A stretch of DNA of 64,000 bases from positions 19,905-83,904 of the forward strand of contig JANQHR010000021.1 of NCBI GenBank assembly GCA_028282585.1, given 5' to 3'. This DNA is from Bacteroidales bacterium. GTDB lineage: Bacteria > Bacteroidota > Bacteroidia > Bacteroidales > UBA12077. The notes below the pieces were generated by a model. The model was given only the letters and a program-made list of their open reading frames with translations, was not told the DNA's origin and made no database searches. Each line of letters opens with the position of its first letter. Position 1 is the first letter of the stretch. Below are positions 48,595 through 58,467 of this stretch, one piece after another. The position numbers were made by a program, and so were the translations under genes.

Positions 48595-49191
48595 ATTTTT
48601 AAAAAAATCACTAAAAAACAATATAATCCATGGTAGATAATCCTTTAGCTCTTCCCGCAAAAACTTCAAAGCTTTTACCATTTGGTTTTCCACCGTACTT
48701 ACTGAAATGTTTAACTTATCAGCTATTTCTTTGTATTTTAATCCATCATATCGGCTAAGTATGAATACTTTTTTTCTTTCAATGGGTAATTGATCAATTG
48801 CCGCACGAATTCTCTGATCGAGTTCAGAAACAATCATTTCATCTTCTGAAGAAAGCTCATCAGCACGTTCGTATTCGTTCTGAACTTTATAATCTTCTCG
48901 AATATTTACATGTTTTAATACATTGAGGCTAGCATTTCTAATAGCTCTAAAAAGATAACTCTGAATTGATGAAGTTATAATGATTGATTCCCGATTAGTC
49001 CAGAGTTTAAATAATACTTCCTGTACTACCTCTTCAGATGCATCAGCGTCTTTAAGGAAATTATTCGCATATGCACATAAAATACTGTAATGAGCATTGA
49101 AAATTTTTTCAAAATCGGTTTTCGACTCAATCTTGCCTTTCGGCAGACAGATCTTTATTCCTTTATGTGTTGCTGTTTCGCCCAATGTCAT
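48589..49191 (-). CDS. ECF sigma-70 factor (Bacteroidota FecI-like)
   Basis: SEEVVQEVLFKLW, SYLFRAIRN, LP..RKKVFILSRYDGLKYKEIA..LNISVSTVENQM. Confidence 0.95.
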   Translation of the reverse strand: MTLGETATHKGIKICLPKGKIESKTDFEKIFNAHYSILCAYANNFLKDADASEEVVQEVLFKLWTNRESIIITSSIQSYLFRAIRNASLNVLKHVNIREDYKVQNEYERADELSSEDEMIVSELDQRIRAAIDQLPIERKKVFILSRYDGLKYKEIADKLNISVSTVENQMVKALKFLREELKDYLPWIILFFSDFFKNG

Positions 49192-49193
49192 AT

Positions 49194-49218
49194 AAAAATC
49201 CCCCTAGTGAAAGGGGGA
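49194..49218 (-). terminator. Intrinsic terminator after metG
   Basis: TCCCCCT-TTCACT-AGGGGGA followed by TTTTT on the minus strand. Confidence 0.7.
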
Positions 49219-49225
49219 AGTTGAA

Positions 49226-51274
49226 TTATTTAATTCCAGCGCCATTACTTGTTTTATCGCTCGGAACGACAAAATTTAATTTGCCACTGGCATCTTCGGC
49301 CATTAATATCATTCCTTGCGATTCAATACCCCTTATTTTTCTAGGCTCTAAGTTAACCAAAATACTAACTTGTTTGCCAATAATATCTTCAGGTTTGTGA
49401 TCGACGGCAATTCCCGAGACTACTGTTCGTTGATCAATTCCTGTGTCTATTTTAAGTTTTAATAATTTATCTGTTTTTGGCACTCGCTCAGCTTCAAGAA
49501 TTGTACCAACACGAACATCCATTTTTACAAAATCATCGTAAGTTATATTATCTTTTGCTGGCTCAGCCGAACTTTTCTCCATTTCGTTTTCCTTTTTTGA
49601 GTTCTTTAATTTTTGAAGCTGCTTTTCAATTTCTTCATCTTCAATTTTTTCAAAAAGTAAGCTTGCTTTATTTATAGTATGCCCAACATCGAGTAAATCT
49701 GGTTTGCCGGCTAAATCCCAGTTTAATTTTTCAATATTCAGGAACTCTCTCAATTTAGCTGTTGTGAAAGGTAAGAAAGGTTCTAAAATAATCGATAATG
49801 CAGCTGTAATCTGAATTGAAATGTTCATGATTGTTTTAACTCGGTCTTCATCTGTTTTGATTACTTTCCAAGGTTCGGTATCTGCTAAATATTTATTACC
49901 TAACCGGGCTAAATCCATAGCTATCTTAACTGCTTCGCGAAACCGGAAATTTTCAATACTTTTCTCTAAGTTTGTTTTTATAACTGAGATTTCAGCTAGA
50001 GTTTCTTTATCAAAAGTTGTCAAATCACCACAGGCAGGAATTTTACCTTCATAATATTTATGAGTTAGCACTAATGTACGATTAACAAAATTCCCTAAAA
50101 TGGCTACAAGCTCACTATTATTACGAGATTGGAAATCTTTCCATGTAAAATCATTATCCTTTTGTTCAGGCGAATTAGCACAAATTGTATAACGCAACAC
50201 ATCCTGTTTTCCAGGAAAATCCTGTAAGTATTCATGAATCCAAACTGCCCAGTTTCTTGAAGTAGAAAGTTTATCTCCTTCTAAATTTAAAAATTCATTG
50301 GCAGGAACGTTATCTGGTAAAATGTAATCACCGTGGGCTTTTAACATTGAAGGAAAAATCAAACAGTGAAATACAATGTTATCTTTTCCTATAAAATGAA
50401 TTAAACTAGATTCTTCACTTTGCCAGTAATCTTTCCAGTCTTTTCCATTTTCTTTGGCCCACGCTTTTGTAGCCGATACATAACCAATAGGAGCATCGAA
50501 CCATACGTAAAGTACCTTTCCTTCAGCTCCTTCAACAGGAACAGGTACACCCCAATCCAAATCGCGAGTAACGGCGCGTGGTTGTAAACCAGCATTTAAC
50601 CAAGATTTGCATTGCCCGTAAACATTCGATTTCCAATCCTTCTTATGGCCATCAATCCATTTTTCAATCCATTCTTTTTGGTATTTTTCTAAATCCAAAT
50701 ACCAGTGTTTTGTTTTTTTTAATATGGGAACATTTCCACTAAGTTTAGACTTTGGATTGATTAATTCTCTTGGGCTTAAACTTGACCCACACTTTTCACA
50801 CTGATCACCATAAGCTTCCTCGTATCCGCATTTTGGACAGGTTCCAACGATATATCTGTCGGCAAGGAATTGTTGTTCCTGTTCATCAAAAAATTGCTCT
50901 TCTTCTTTTTCAATGAATTCGCCTTTTTCATTCATGGTTTTGAAAAAATCCGAAGCAGTTTCATGGTGTAAAGGGTCTGAGGTACGATGATAAATATCAA
51001 AAGCAATACCAAATTCTTTGAATGCTTTTTTAATCATTTCATGGTACTTATCAACAATATCTTGTGGTGAAACACCTTCTTTTCTTGCACGTAAGGTTAT
51101 TGGTACTCCGTGCTCATCCGATCCGCAAATATAAGCAACATCGTTTCCTTTTAGTTTTAGATATCTCACATAAATATCAGCAGGTAAATATGCTCCGGCA
51201 ATATGGCCTAAATGTAATGGACCATTAGCATATGGTAATGCTGATGTAATTAAATAACGCCTTGGATTTTCCAT
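49226..51274 (-). CDS. metG: Methionine--tRNA ligase
   Basis: [14 protein letters not shown], zinc knuckle, YVWFDA, KLSTS, C-terminal tRNA-binding domain. Confidence 0.99.
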   Translation of the reverse strand: MENPRRYLITSALPYANGPLHLGHIAGAYLPADIYVRYLKLKGNDVAYICGSDEHGVPITLRARKEGVSPQDIVDKYHEMIKKAFKEFGIAFDIYHRTSDPLHHETASDFFKTMNEKGEFIEKEEEQFFDEQEQQFLADRYIVGTCPKCGYEEAYGDQCEKCGSSLSPRELINPKSKLSGNVPILKKTKHWYLDLEKYQKEWIEKWIDGHKKDWKSNVYGQCKSWLNAGLQPRAVTRDLDWGVPVPVEGAEGKVLYVWFDAPIGYVSATKAWAKENGKDWKDYWQSEESSLIHFIGKDNIVFHCLIFPSMLKAHGDYILPDNVPANEFLNLEGDKLSTSRNWAVWIHEYLQDFPGKQDVLRYTICANSPEQKDNDFTWKDFQSRNNSELVAILGNFVNRTLVLTHKYYEGKIPACGDLTTFDKETLAEISVIKTNLEKSIENFRFREAVKIAMDLARLGNKYLADTEPWKVIKTDEDRVKTIMNISIQITAALSIILEPFLPFTTAKLREFLNIEKLNWDLAGKPDLLDVGHTINKASLLFEKIEDEEIEKQLQKLKNSKKENEMEKSSAEPAKDNITYDDFVKMDVRVGTILEAERVPKTDKLLKLKIDTGIDQRTVVSGIAVDHKPEDIIGKQVSILVNLEPRKIRGIESQGMILMAEDASGKLNFVVPSDKTSNGAGIK

Positions 51275-51384
51275 TTCAATTCTCTCTTTTCTTAATTTTC
51301 ACGAATTTCAGACAAATATACAAAGGAATATTTTTTTTCATCAATTAAATAATACTTAGTTTTACGTTAATAAATAACATAAAT

Positions 51385-52287
51385 ATGTTTATTCCAGAGA
51401 GTTTAAAAATTGGTGATAAAATTGGTTTTGTAGCACCTGCAAGGAAAATTGAGTTACAAGAAATAGAAGCATCGATATCTGTGTTTGAAAGTTGGGGGCT
51501 AAAAGTAGAATGTGGTAAAAGCTTATTTCAACAAGACAGACAGTTTGCTGGAACTGATCATCAACGAGCCAGGGACTTACAGTATATGATGGATAATCCA
51601 GCGATTAAAGCCATTGTTTGTGTACGCGGTGGGTATGGAACAATTAGGTTATTGCCACTACTAGATTTTACGAACTTTTTAAAATCACCAAAATGGATCG
51701 TAGGTTACAGCGATATTACAGCTTTACATGCGCATTTAAATCAAAATCTGGGGGTGCAATCTTTACATGGTATAATGCCATTAAATTTCCCAAAAAATAA
51801 ATCAGAAAATCGAGCTATTATATCTTTAAAAAAAGCGTTGTTTGGAGAACAGAATTTTTATGAAATTAATAATTATAGGTTAAATAGATCGGGAAAAGCA
51901 GAAGGGGAAATAATTGGGGGGAACCTATCGGTTTTGTATAGTATAACAGGAACAAAGTATGATATTAATACTAATGGAAAAATATTGATTTTAGAGGATT
52001 TAGATGAATACCTCTATCATATTGATCGAATGATGATGAGTTTAAAATTGGGGGGAAAGCTTCATAATCTAAAAGCGCTGATTATAGGTGGAATGAATGA
52101 TATGAATGATAATAAAATACCATTTGGAAAAACTGCATATGAAATAATTTATGAAGTGGTTAATGAATACAGATATCCTGTTTGTTTTAACTTTCCTGTT
52201 GGTCATATTGAAAATAATTATACAATAATATTAGGAAGTACGATAAAATTGGAAGTTAATGAAAAGGGAGTAGAATTTATGAATTAA
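51385..52287 (+). CDS. ldcA: LD-carboxypeptidase (peptidase S66)
   Basis: RGGYG, GYSDIT, GGNLS, LED..E, FPVGH. Confidence 0.93.
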   Translation: MFIPESLKIGDKIGFVAPARKIELQEIEASISVFESWGLKVECGKSLFQQDRQFAGTDHQRARDLQYMMDNPAIKAIVCVRGGYGTIRLLPLLDFTNFLKSPKWIVGYSDITALHAHLNQNLGVQSLHGIMPLNFPKNKSENRAIISLKKALFGEQNFYEINNYRLNRSGKAEGEIIGGNLSVLYSITGTKYDINTNGKILILEDLDEYLYHIDRMMMSLKLGGKLHNLKALIIGGMNDMNDNKIPFGKTAYEIIYEVVNEYRYPVCFNFPVGHIENNYTIILGSTIKLEVNEKGVEFMN

Positions 52288-52916
52288 TGAAGCATTAACT
52301 CATAATCGGCAGGTATTATAAAAAGGTCCTTATTCATTTTCTTATTGCTTATTTCAACAACGTAAGTTCTTGATTTTTCTTTTCTTAAAAGAGTTCTTTC
52401 AACACTTAACATTGGAAAAAAACCTTGAGTTTCCGGGATCTTTTCGAAAAATTCGTAAGTGTGATCTGCACTATTTATTAATTTTACAAGTTCTTCAAAA
52501 AAATAAAAATTATTTTGAGTTACCCAATAAGCAATTTCCGTATTTCTATCTTTATTTTTTACCCTCCATTGATAGCACTTATACTCACCAAACATTCTTG
52601 AATTTTCTGTTTTCAAGATTGAAAAGTTTTCGTTATTTGACAAAGAATTTGAATTAACTTCTAGTTTTTTATAAAGTTTTCTTTTAGGGCATAAAGCAAA
52701 AACTTCTTTACTTTCTAAATTTATTAAAAGCGAACGTAATAAAATCTCATTGCTATCAAATTTATCTATGCGAACTTTATCTTTTTTTATAAAATAAGAA
52801 AAGTAGTAAGTATCATAATATGATTCATGAACTAATTGTATACTTCCTTCAAATGCGTCAATATTTGGGCTAAAGAAAGTTACTAACACTAAGAAACTTA
52901 GCAGATAGTTTATCAT
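52284..52916 (-). CDS. DUF4412-like exported protein
   Basis: Signal peptide, FEG, GEYKCYQWRV, YWVT, GFFPM, LFIIPADY. Confidence 0.65.
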   Translation of the reverse strand: MINYLLSFLVLVTFFSPNIDAFEGSIQLVHESYYDTYYFSYFIKKDKVRIDKFDSNEILLRSLLINLESKEVFALCPKRKLYKKLEVNSNSLSNNENFSILKTENSRMFGEYKCYQWRVKNKDRNTEIAYWVTQNNFYFFEELVKLINSADHTYEFFEKIPETQGFFPMLSVERTLLRKEKSRTYVVEISNKKMNKDLFIIPADYELMLH

Positions 52917-53012
52917 AACTAAAAATCAGTTATCTTTGATAATATTATTAGTATTTAACCTGTTTAATATTACAACTTAAATTATAAAAAGGTTACAAAT
53001 GTATGTAAAAAA

Positions 53013-53378
53013 ATGGCTGAGCATAATGATTTAGGAAAAAAGGGAGAGGAGTTAGCAAAAGGATATCTTTTTGAAAATGAGTATATAATTAGAGATATAA
53101 ATTGGCGATTTAAAAAAAATGAATTAGATATTATAGCTGAAAAAAATAACCTTTTGGTGGTTGTAGAAGTAAAAACCCGAACAAATACCTATTTTGAAAA
53201 CCCTAAAGAAGCAGTAACCAAATCAAAACAAAAATATATTGTCAAAGCAACTGAAGCTTATATAATGGAAAAAGACATCAAATTTGAAACAAGGTTTGAT
53301 ATTATTTCTGTATTAATTGAAAACAATAAAGTTAATATTGAACATATTATGGATGCTTTCCAACCAAGTTTATTATGA
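53013..53378 (+). CDS. yraN: YraN family protein
   Basis: HNDLGKKGEE, ELDIIA, VEVKTR, RFDIISV. Confidence 0.93.
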   Translation: MAEHNDLGKKGEELAKGYLFENEYIIRDINWRFKKNELDIIAEKNNLLVVVEVKTRTNTYFENPKEAVTKSKQKYIVKATEAYIMEKDIKFETRFDIISVLIENNKVNIEHIMDAFQPSLL

Positions 53379-53746
53379 AAAAAGATATTATGAATATAGA
53401 AGAATTTAGAGACTACTGTTTAAGAAAAAAAGCCGTTACGGAAGGATTTCCATTCGATGAAACAACTTTGGTATTCAAGGTAATGGATAAAATGTTTGCC
53501 CTTACAGATGTTGAGAGTGAGTTTAGCATAAATTTAAAATGTGATCCTGAAAAAGCAATTAACCGTAGAGAGCAATATCCGGATCATGTTTTACCAGGAT
53601 ACCATATGAGCAAAAAACACTGGAATACTGTGTTTGTTAATGGACCTGTTCCGGATAAATTGATATATGAATGGATTGATGAATCATATGATTTAATCGT
53701 GTCATCATTACCAAAGAAGAAAAAACAAGAATTAGAAAAAAGTTAG
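53375..53746 (+). CDS. MmcQ/YjbR family DNA-binding protein
   Basis: FPFDETTLVFKV..KMFAL, NLKCDPE, PGYHMSKKHWNT. Confidence 0.92.
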   Translation: MKKDIMNIEEFRDYCLRKKAVTEGFPFDETTLVFKVMDKMFALTDVESEFSINLKCDPEKAINRREQYPDHVLPGYHMSKKHWNTVFVNGPVPDKLIYEWIDESYDLIVSSLPKKKKQELEKS

Positions 53747-53810
53747 ATGTTTTTTAAACCGCTATAAAATAAAAGAATCAAAAATTTAAATCAAATATTG
53801 GTAAATTGAA

Positions 53811-54932
53811 ATGAAAACAAGAAAGTTAATTGCATTAGTTATTACTTTGGTAATAACAAATATTGCTATAGCCCAGGAAAAACCCAATGGTTATAAGTTC
53901 AAAGATTTAACAAACATTAAAGTAACACCTGTAAAGAATCAACAAAAAACCGGAACTTGCTGGAGCTTTTCAACAACTTCATTTATTGAAGCTGAGCTAT
54001 TACGAATGAATAACACTGAATATGATTTGTCGGAAATGTACTTTGCGCGATATGCGTATGAAGAAAAAGCACAAGACTTCGTAAGGTATCATGGTAAAAT
54101 TAATTTTGGTGAAGGAGGTCAGGCTCATGATGTTATGAATCAGATTAATAAATATGGATTTGTAACTCAAGAAGCTTACCAAGGAAATGAATATGACCCC
54201 GGAAATTATCGTCATTCTGAAATGAGCAAGATATTAAAAGCATTACTAGAGGTAGTAATTACTAAACCAAATAAGAAATTGACACCAGTTTGGTTTGATG
54301 CGTATAAAGCAATTTTAGATACCTATATGGGAGAAGTACCGGAAGATTTCGATTTAAATGGTGAAGTGATTACTCCTAAAAGGTTTGTTCAAAAAGAAGG
54401 CTTTAATGCTAATGATTATGTTGAACTTACTTCTTTTACTCATCATCCTTTTTATGAAGAAATAATTTTGGAAGTTCCGGACAATTGGTCAAATGATCCA
54501 TACTATAATATTCCTTTGGAAGAATTTATGGAAATAATGAACTATTCATTAAACGAGGGCTATACTTTTGTTTGGGATGGAGACGTTGGTTTTGATGGAT
54601 TTTCGCATAAAAAAGGGGTAGCAATTGTTCCGGTTGGAGATTTTGAATTTACAGAACCTAAAGAAGAAAAAAAGATCGAGGAAACATATCGACAGCAGGA
54701 ATTTGATAATTTAACAACTACAGACGATCATTTAATGCATATAACAGGATTGGCTAAGGACCAAAATGGCACAGTCTATTACAAAACAAAAAATTCCTGG
54801 AGTGATGATAGTAATGAGATGGGGGGCTATTTGTATATGTCAGAGAGTTATATGCGTTTAAATACAATTGCTATAATGGTGCATAAAGATGTAATACCTA
54901 AAAAGATAAAAGAAAAATTAGGACTTAATTAA
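53811..54932 (+). CDS. C1-family cysteine aminopeptidase (exported)
   Basis: VKNQQKTGTCWSF, DDHLMHITG, KNSW catalytic motifs. Confidence 0.92.
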   Translation: MKTRKLIALVITLVITNIAIAQEKPNGYKFKDLTNIKVTPVKNQQKTGTCWSFSTTSFIEAELLRMNNTEYDLSEMYFARYAYEEKAQDFVRYHGKINFGEGGQAHDVMNQINKYGFVTQEAYQGNEYDPGNYRHSEMSKILKALLEVVITKPNKKLTPVWFDAYKAILDTYMGEVPEDFDLNGEVITPKRFVQKEGFNANDYVELTSFTHHPFYEEIILEVPDNWSNDPYYNIPLEEFMEIMNYSLNEGYTFVWDGDVGFDGFSHKKGVAIVPVGDFEFTEPKEEKKIEETYRQQEFDNLTTTDDHLMHITGLAKDQNGTVYYKTKNSWSDDSNEMGGYLYMSESYMRLNTIAIMVHKDVIPKKIKEKLGLN

Positions 54933-54940
54933 TAATATTC

Positions 54941-55024
54941 ACAATTATGAGCAGAAGCGAAGTAATCTTTTGAGAAGGGATTGCTTCATTTTCTGCTGCC
55001 TTTAAGTATCACGTTCGTAATGAC
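54941..55024. repeat. Degenerate REP-like palindromic element
   Basis: GAAGTAATCTT/GGGATTGCTTC inner stem, AGCAGAA/TTCTGCT, terminal TTCGTAATGAC. Confidence 0.55.
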
Positions 55025-55040
55025 GACGCTAATCATAAAA

Positions 55041-56045
55041 TTATTCTGTAACTAAAAGGTTACATCCCCGAATATCACTATAATCAAATCTTCCGATAAT
55101 TTCAAAACTATTATCAGAATTGATTTTTCCAAGATCTTTTGTTTCGATGAACGAACACGAGTAAATATTAGCTAAATCAATAATATTTATTCCTCCTGAT
55201 TTACCCTTTTCCAAATATGAAAAAGGATCGTAAGTATCCCTTATATAAACCTTCATCCAGGGAGGAGCATAGAATTGCCCATTATTGGTAGAGTAAGCTT
55301 GTGATAAAAGTTCTGTCATACCGTATTCAGAATGGACAGATTTTACACCGAATTTAGTGCAAAGAAAATTATGCAATTCTTTTTTGGTAAGTTCTTTTCT
55401 TTTTCCTTTCATTCCTCCAGTTTCCATAACTATCGTATTGGAAAGACTCATTGGATGTTTTTCTGCCAGATCAATTAAAGCATATGATACTCCAATAAGA
55501 ATAGTTTTTGAATTAGTTTTTTGCAATGAATCTAATTTAAAAGCAAGTTCATCTATATTATCTAGGTAAAATCCACTATCCGGATGATTAGATTTTTTAA
55601 TTAAATGATCTATCATATAAACCAGAGATGAACTTTCGTTTTCAAGATAGCTTGGAAGTAATGCTAAAATGCAGGTATTATCCAATTTTCCATATTGATT
55701 TTCGAATGAAGCATAAAAACTTTTTTCATAAATACTGATATCATGAATAAAATGTGTGCTTCTTTGTCCGGTGGTGCCGCTACTATAAAATTCCTTTTGT
55801 ATTTCTTTTTTATCTATGTGAACTTTATGGGTTTTGAAAAATTCAATCGGAAGAAATGGAATATCATTAATTTTTTTCACAATGGAAGCATTAATTCCCA
55901 AATGGAAAAGATATTCTTTGTAAATAGAATTATCTTCGGCCTGATAATTGAATATTTCCAGTGCAATCTGTTCGAATTGCTCAAAGCTTTTAATAGAAAA
56001 AATATTGTCAATCGAAAAGTTGTGCATACAAGATTGAATATGCAC
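55041..56045 (-). CDS. LuxE-like acyl-protein synthetase / acyl transferase
   Basis: IPFLPIEFFK, SSGTTG, METGGMKG, SEYGMTELLSQAY, RGCNLL. Confidence 0.85.
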   Translation of the reverse strand: MHIQSCMHNFSIDNIFSIKSFEQFEQIALEIFNYQAEDNSIYKEYLFHLGINASIVKKINDIPFLPIEFFKTHKVHIDKKEIQKEFYSSGTTGQRSTHFIHDISIYEKSFYASFENQYGKLDNTCILALLPSYLENESSSLVYMIDHLIKKSNHPDSGFYLDNIDELAFKLDSLQKTNSKTILIGVSYALIDLAEKHPMSLSNTIVMETGGMKGKRKELTKKELHNFLCTKFGVKSVHSEYGMTELLSQAYSTNNGQFYAPPWMKVYIRDTYDPFSYLEKGKSGGINIIDLANIYSCSFIETKDLGKINSDNSFEIIGRFDYSDIRGCNLLVTE

Positions 56046-56081
56046 GCAATTTAAAGAAAATATTGATTGTTAAAAAGTCAG

Positions 56082-56114
56082 AAAATAAAACTGCCGCAAA
56101 ACTCTGCGACAGTT
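56082..56114 (-). terminator. Intrinsic terminator
   Basis: AACTGTCGCA-GAGTTT-TGCGGCAGTT followed by TTATTTT. Confidence 0.75.
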
Positions 56115-56154
56115 GAGGATATATAGTGTTTTTTGGAGAATTAAACTTTTTGTT

Positions 56155-56709
56155 TTATAAGATTGGAAATGCATACTTTTTCATCCATTGTTCTTCTCTA
56201 AAATTGTGAAAGTATTTGGCACTTTTTTTCTTTACTATTTCTAAATTTTTCATCCAGTCTTCAACTTCTTTTTCTTCTTCAATAACTTCTTCATTCCAAA
56301 CATTTGTTTTAACTTTCCAAAAGGATTCATCAAACATCCATTCTTCTAAATATCTTTCTTCATTAAGATTTTCGTTTTTAAGATCCAGGTTCAACATCCA
56401 GTCTTCAACTTCTCTTTCTTCTTCAATAACTTCTTCTTCCCATACATTGGATTGAATTTCCCAAAAATTTTCATCATGCATCCAGTTTTCTATTTGTTTT
56501 TGATCCTCTATAATTTCAGCGTCATTAAAAATAGAAAGTTTGGTTGTGTTAAGATTAGTTTTCATAGGTAATGTCTTATATTTAGTCCTGCTATCATTCG
56601 AAGCCAATATATTTTCATATCTGCTTTGAGCGTATGATCCAAACACTAAACATGAAAGTAGAATAGAAAGACTCAAGACTTTTACGATTGTTGTAACACC
56701 TGATTTCAT
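56155..56709 (-). CDS. Secreted acidic hypothetical protein with five E-x-W-M motifs and a 48-aa duplication
   Basis: Signal peptide; 144-bp-period DNA duplication (56251 vs 56395); flanked by terminators. Confidence 0.75.
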   Translation of the reverse strand: MKSGVTTIVKVLSLSILLSCLVFGSYAQSRYENILASNDSRTKYKTLPMKTNLNTTKLSIFNDAEIIEDQKQIENWMHDENFWEIQSNVWEEEVIEEEREVEDWMLNLDLKNENLNEERYLEEWMFDESFWKVKTNVWNEEVIEEEKEVEDWMKNLEIVKKKSAKYFHNFREEQWMKKYAFPIL

Positions 56710-56868
56710 AATTAACTCCTTTCTTTTTAAACACTTGTAGTAATTTAATTACATTCATTATGCCAAAACAGTCAATTAGTTTTAAATCAGACATTTGTAA
56801 TGATTTGTAGGGAGCGTTATATTGCCTTTTTTGAACGATTATATTACATAGGGTGTACGAAAACGAAC

Positions 56869-56895
56869 AAAAAAGCAGTGAATTTATCACTGCTT
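56869..56895 (-). terminator. Intrinsic terminator after cysS
   Basis: AAGCAGTGA/TCACTGCTT stem plus T-tract. Confidence 0.8.
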
Positions 56896-56918
56896 AGTTT
56901 ACATTTGATTTTATTTAA

Positions 56919-58391
56919 TTAATCAATTTCCCACTCAAAACCTTCTTTGGTATCTTTAATTTTAATTCCTTTTTGAGTTAATTCATCTCGAATTTTATCA
57001 GAAGTTGCAAAATCCTTATTTTTCTTTGCTTCTAACCTCAAATTAAGAATAAAATCAATTAGTTCGCCCGTTAATTCGTTTTCTTTTGATGCTACGGAAT
57101 CATCTTCTTTTAAACCCAATATATCAAACACAAAATGGTTATAAAGAGTTTTTAAATCTTCCAGATTGTTTTGAGTTAACTTCTCTTTTCCATCATTTGC
57201 AGAATTAATAACTCTTACTACTTCAAATAAATGCGCAATTAAAACGGGTGTATTAAAATCGTCATTCATTGCGTGGTAGCAATTGTTCTTTAATTCTTCT
57301 ACATTAACAGTTGATTCATTATATGGACTTAATTTATTAAGAGTTTGCCCGGCTTTCATTAATTTTTGAAAACCTTTTTCTGCAGCTTGTAAAGCGTCAT
57401 TAGAAAAATCCAATGTGCTCCTGTAATGAGATTGAGCCATAAAAAACCGAACAACCATAGGTGAATATCCTCTTTCAAGTAATGGATGATCACCGGTGAA
57501 TAATTCATGAGGTAAAAATCCATTTCCTGCACTTTTTGACATGCGCGTTCCATTAACCGTTAACATATTGGTGTGCATCCAATATTTAACTGGTGAAATT
57601 TTATTGGCCGCCTGTGATTGTGCTATTTCATTTGTATGATGTGTTGCTTGTAAATCCATCCCGCCGCCATGTATGTCAAATCTATCACCTAAATATTTTG
57701 CGCTCATTGCAGAACATTCGATATGCCATCCCGGGAATCCTACTCCCCAGGGCGAATCCCATTTCATTAATGTTTCAGGTTTAGCTTTTATCCATAATGC
57801 AAAATCCAAACGTCCTTTTTTCTCGTCCTGACCGCTTAATTCTCTGGTTCCTTCCAATAAATCCTCTATTTTTCGGTTTGTTAAAATACCGTAATCATTT
57901 TTTTTATTATATTTCTCAACATCAAAATATACCGTACCATTTTTAACATAGGTATAGTTCCTTTTAGATATTTTTTTAATCATTTCTTGTTGCTCAAGAA
58001 TATGTCCAGTCGCAGTTGGTTCAACACTTGGGGGAAGAGTGTTAAATATTCGCATAACATCATGAAAACCAAGAGTATATTTTTGAACTACCTCCATAGG
58101 TTCCAACTGCTCAAGTTTTGCTTTTTTAGCAAATTTATCATCTCCTTCATCGCGGTCCCCTTCTAAGTGCCCTGCATCAGTTATGTTTCTCACATACCTT
58201 ACTTTATAACCTAAATGAGAAAGATACCTGTATATTATATCAAAAGAAATAAAAGTTCTGCTATTCCCTAAATGTACATCGCTATATACTGTCGGTCCGC
58301 AAACATACATTCCGACAAATGGCGGATTTATTGGCTCGAACTTTTCTTTTTTTCTGGTTAACGTATTGTAAATAATCAAATTTTGATCCAT
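56919..58391 (-). CDS. cysS: Cysteine--tRNA ligase
   Basis: MYVCGPTVY..VHLGN, DFALW, PGWHIECSAM, MSKSAGN. Confidence 0.99.
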   Translation of the reverse strand: MDQNLIIYNTLTRKKEKFEPINPPFVGMYVCGPTVYSDVHLGNSRTFISFDIIYRYLSHLGYKVRYVRNITDAGHLEGDRDEGDDKFAKKAKLEQLEPMEVVQKYTLGFHDVMRIFNTLPPSVEPTATGHILEQQEMIKKISKRNYTYVKNGTVYFDVEKYNKKNDYGILTNRKIEDLLEGTRELSGQDEKKGRLDFALWIKAKPETLMKWDSPWGVGFPGWHIECSAMSAKYLGDRFDIHGGGMDLQATHHTNEIAQSQAANKISPVKYWMHTNMLTVNGTRMSKSAGNGFLPHELFTGDHPLLERGYSPMVVRFFMAQSHYRSTLDFSNDALQAAEKGFQKLMKAGQTLNKLSPYNESTVNVEELKNNCYHAMNDDFNTPVLIAHLFEVVRVINSANDGKEKLTQNNLEDLKTLYNHFVFDILGLKEDDSVASKENELTGELIDFILNLRLEAKKNKDFATSDKIRDELTQKGIKIKDTKEGFEWEID

Positions 58392-58467
58392 CCCGGCAAA
58401 GTTTTGAGTTTCCGATCAGCAAAAATAAAGAATTATATTGTCTTGGTACAATGAATTGGGCATCAAT

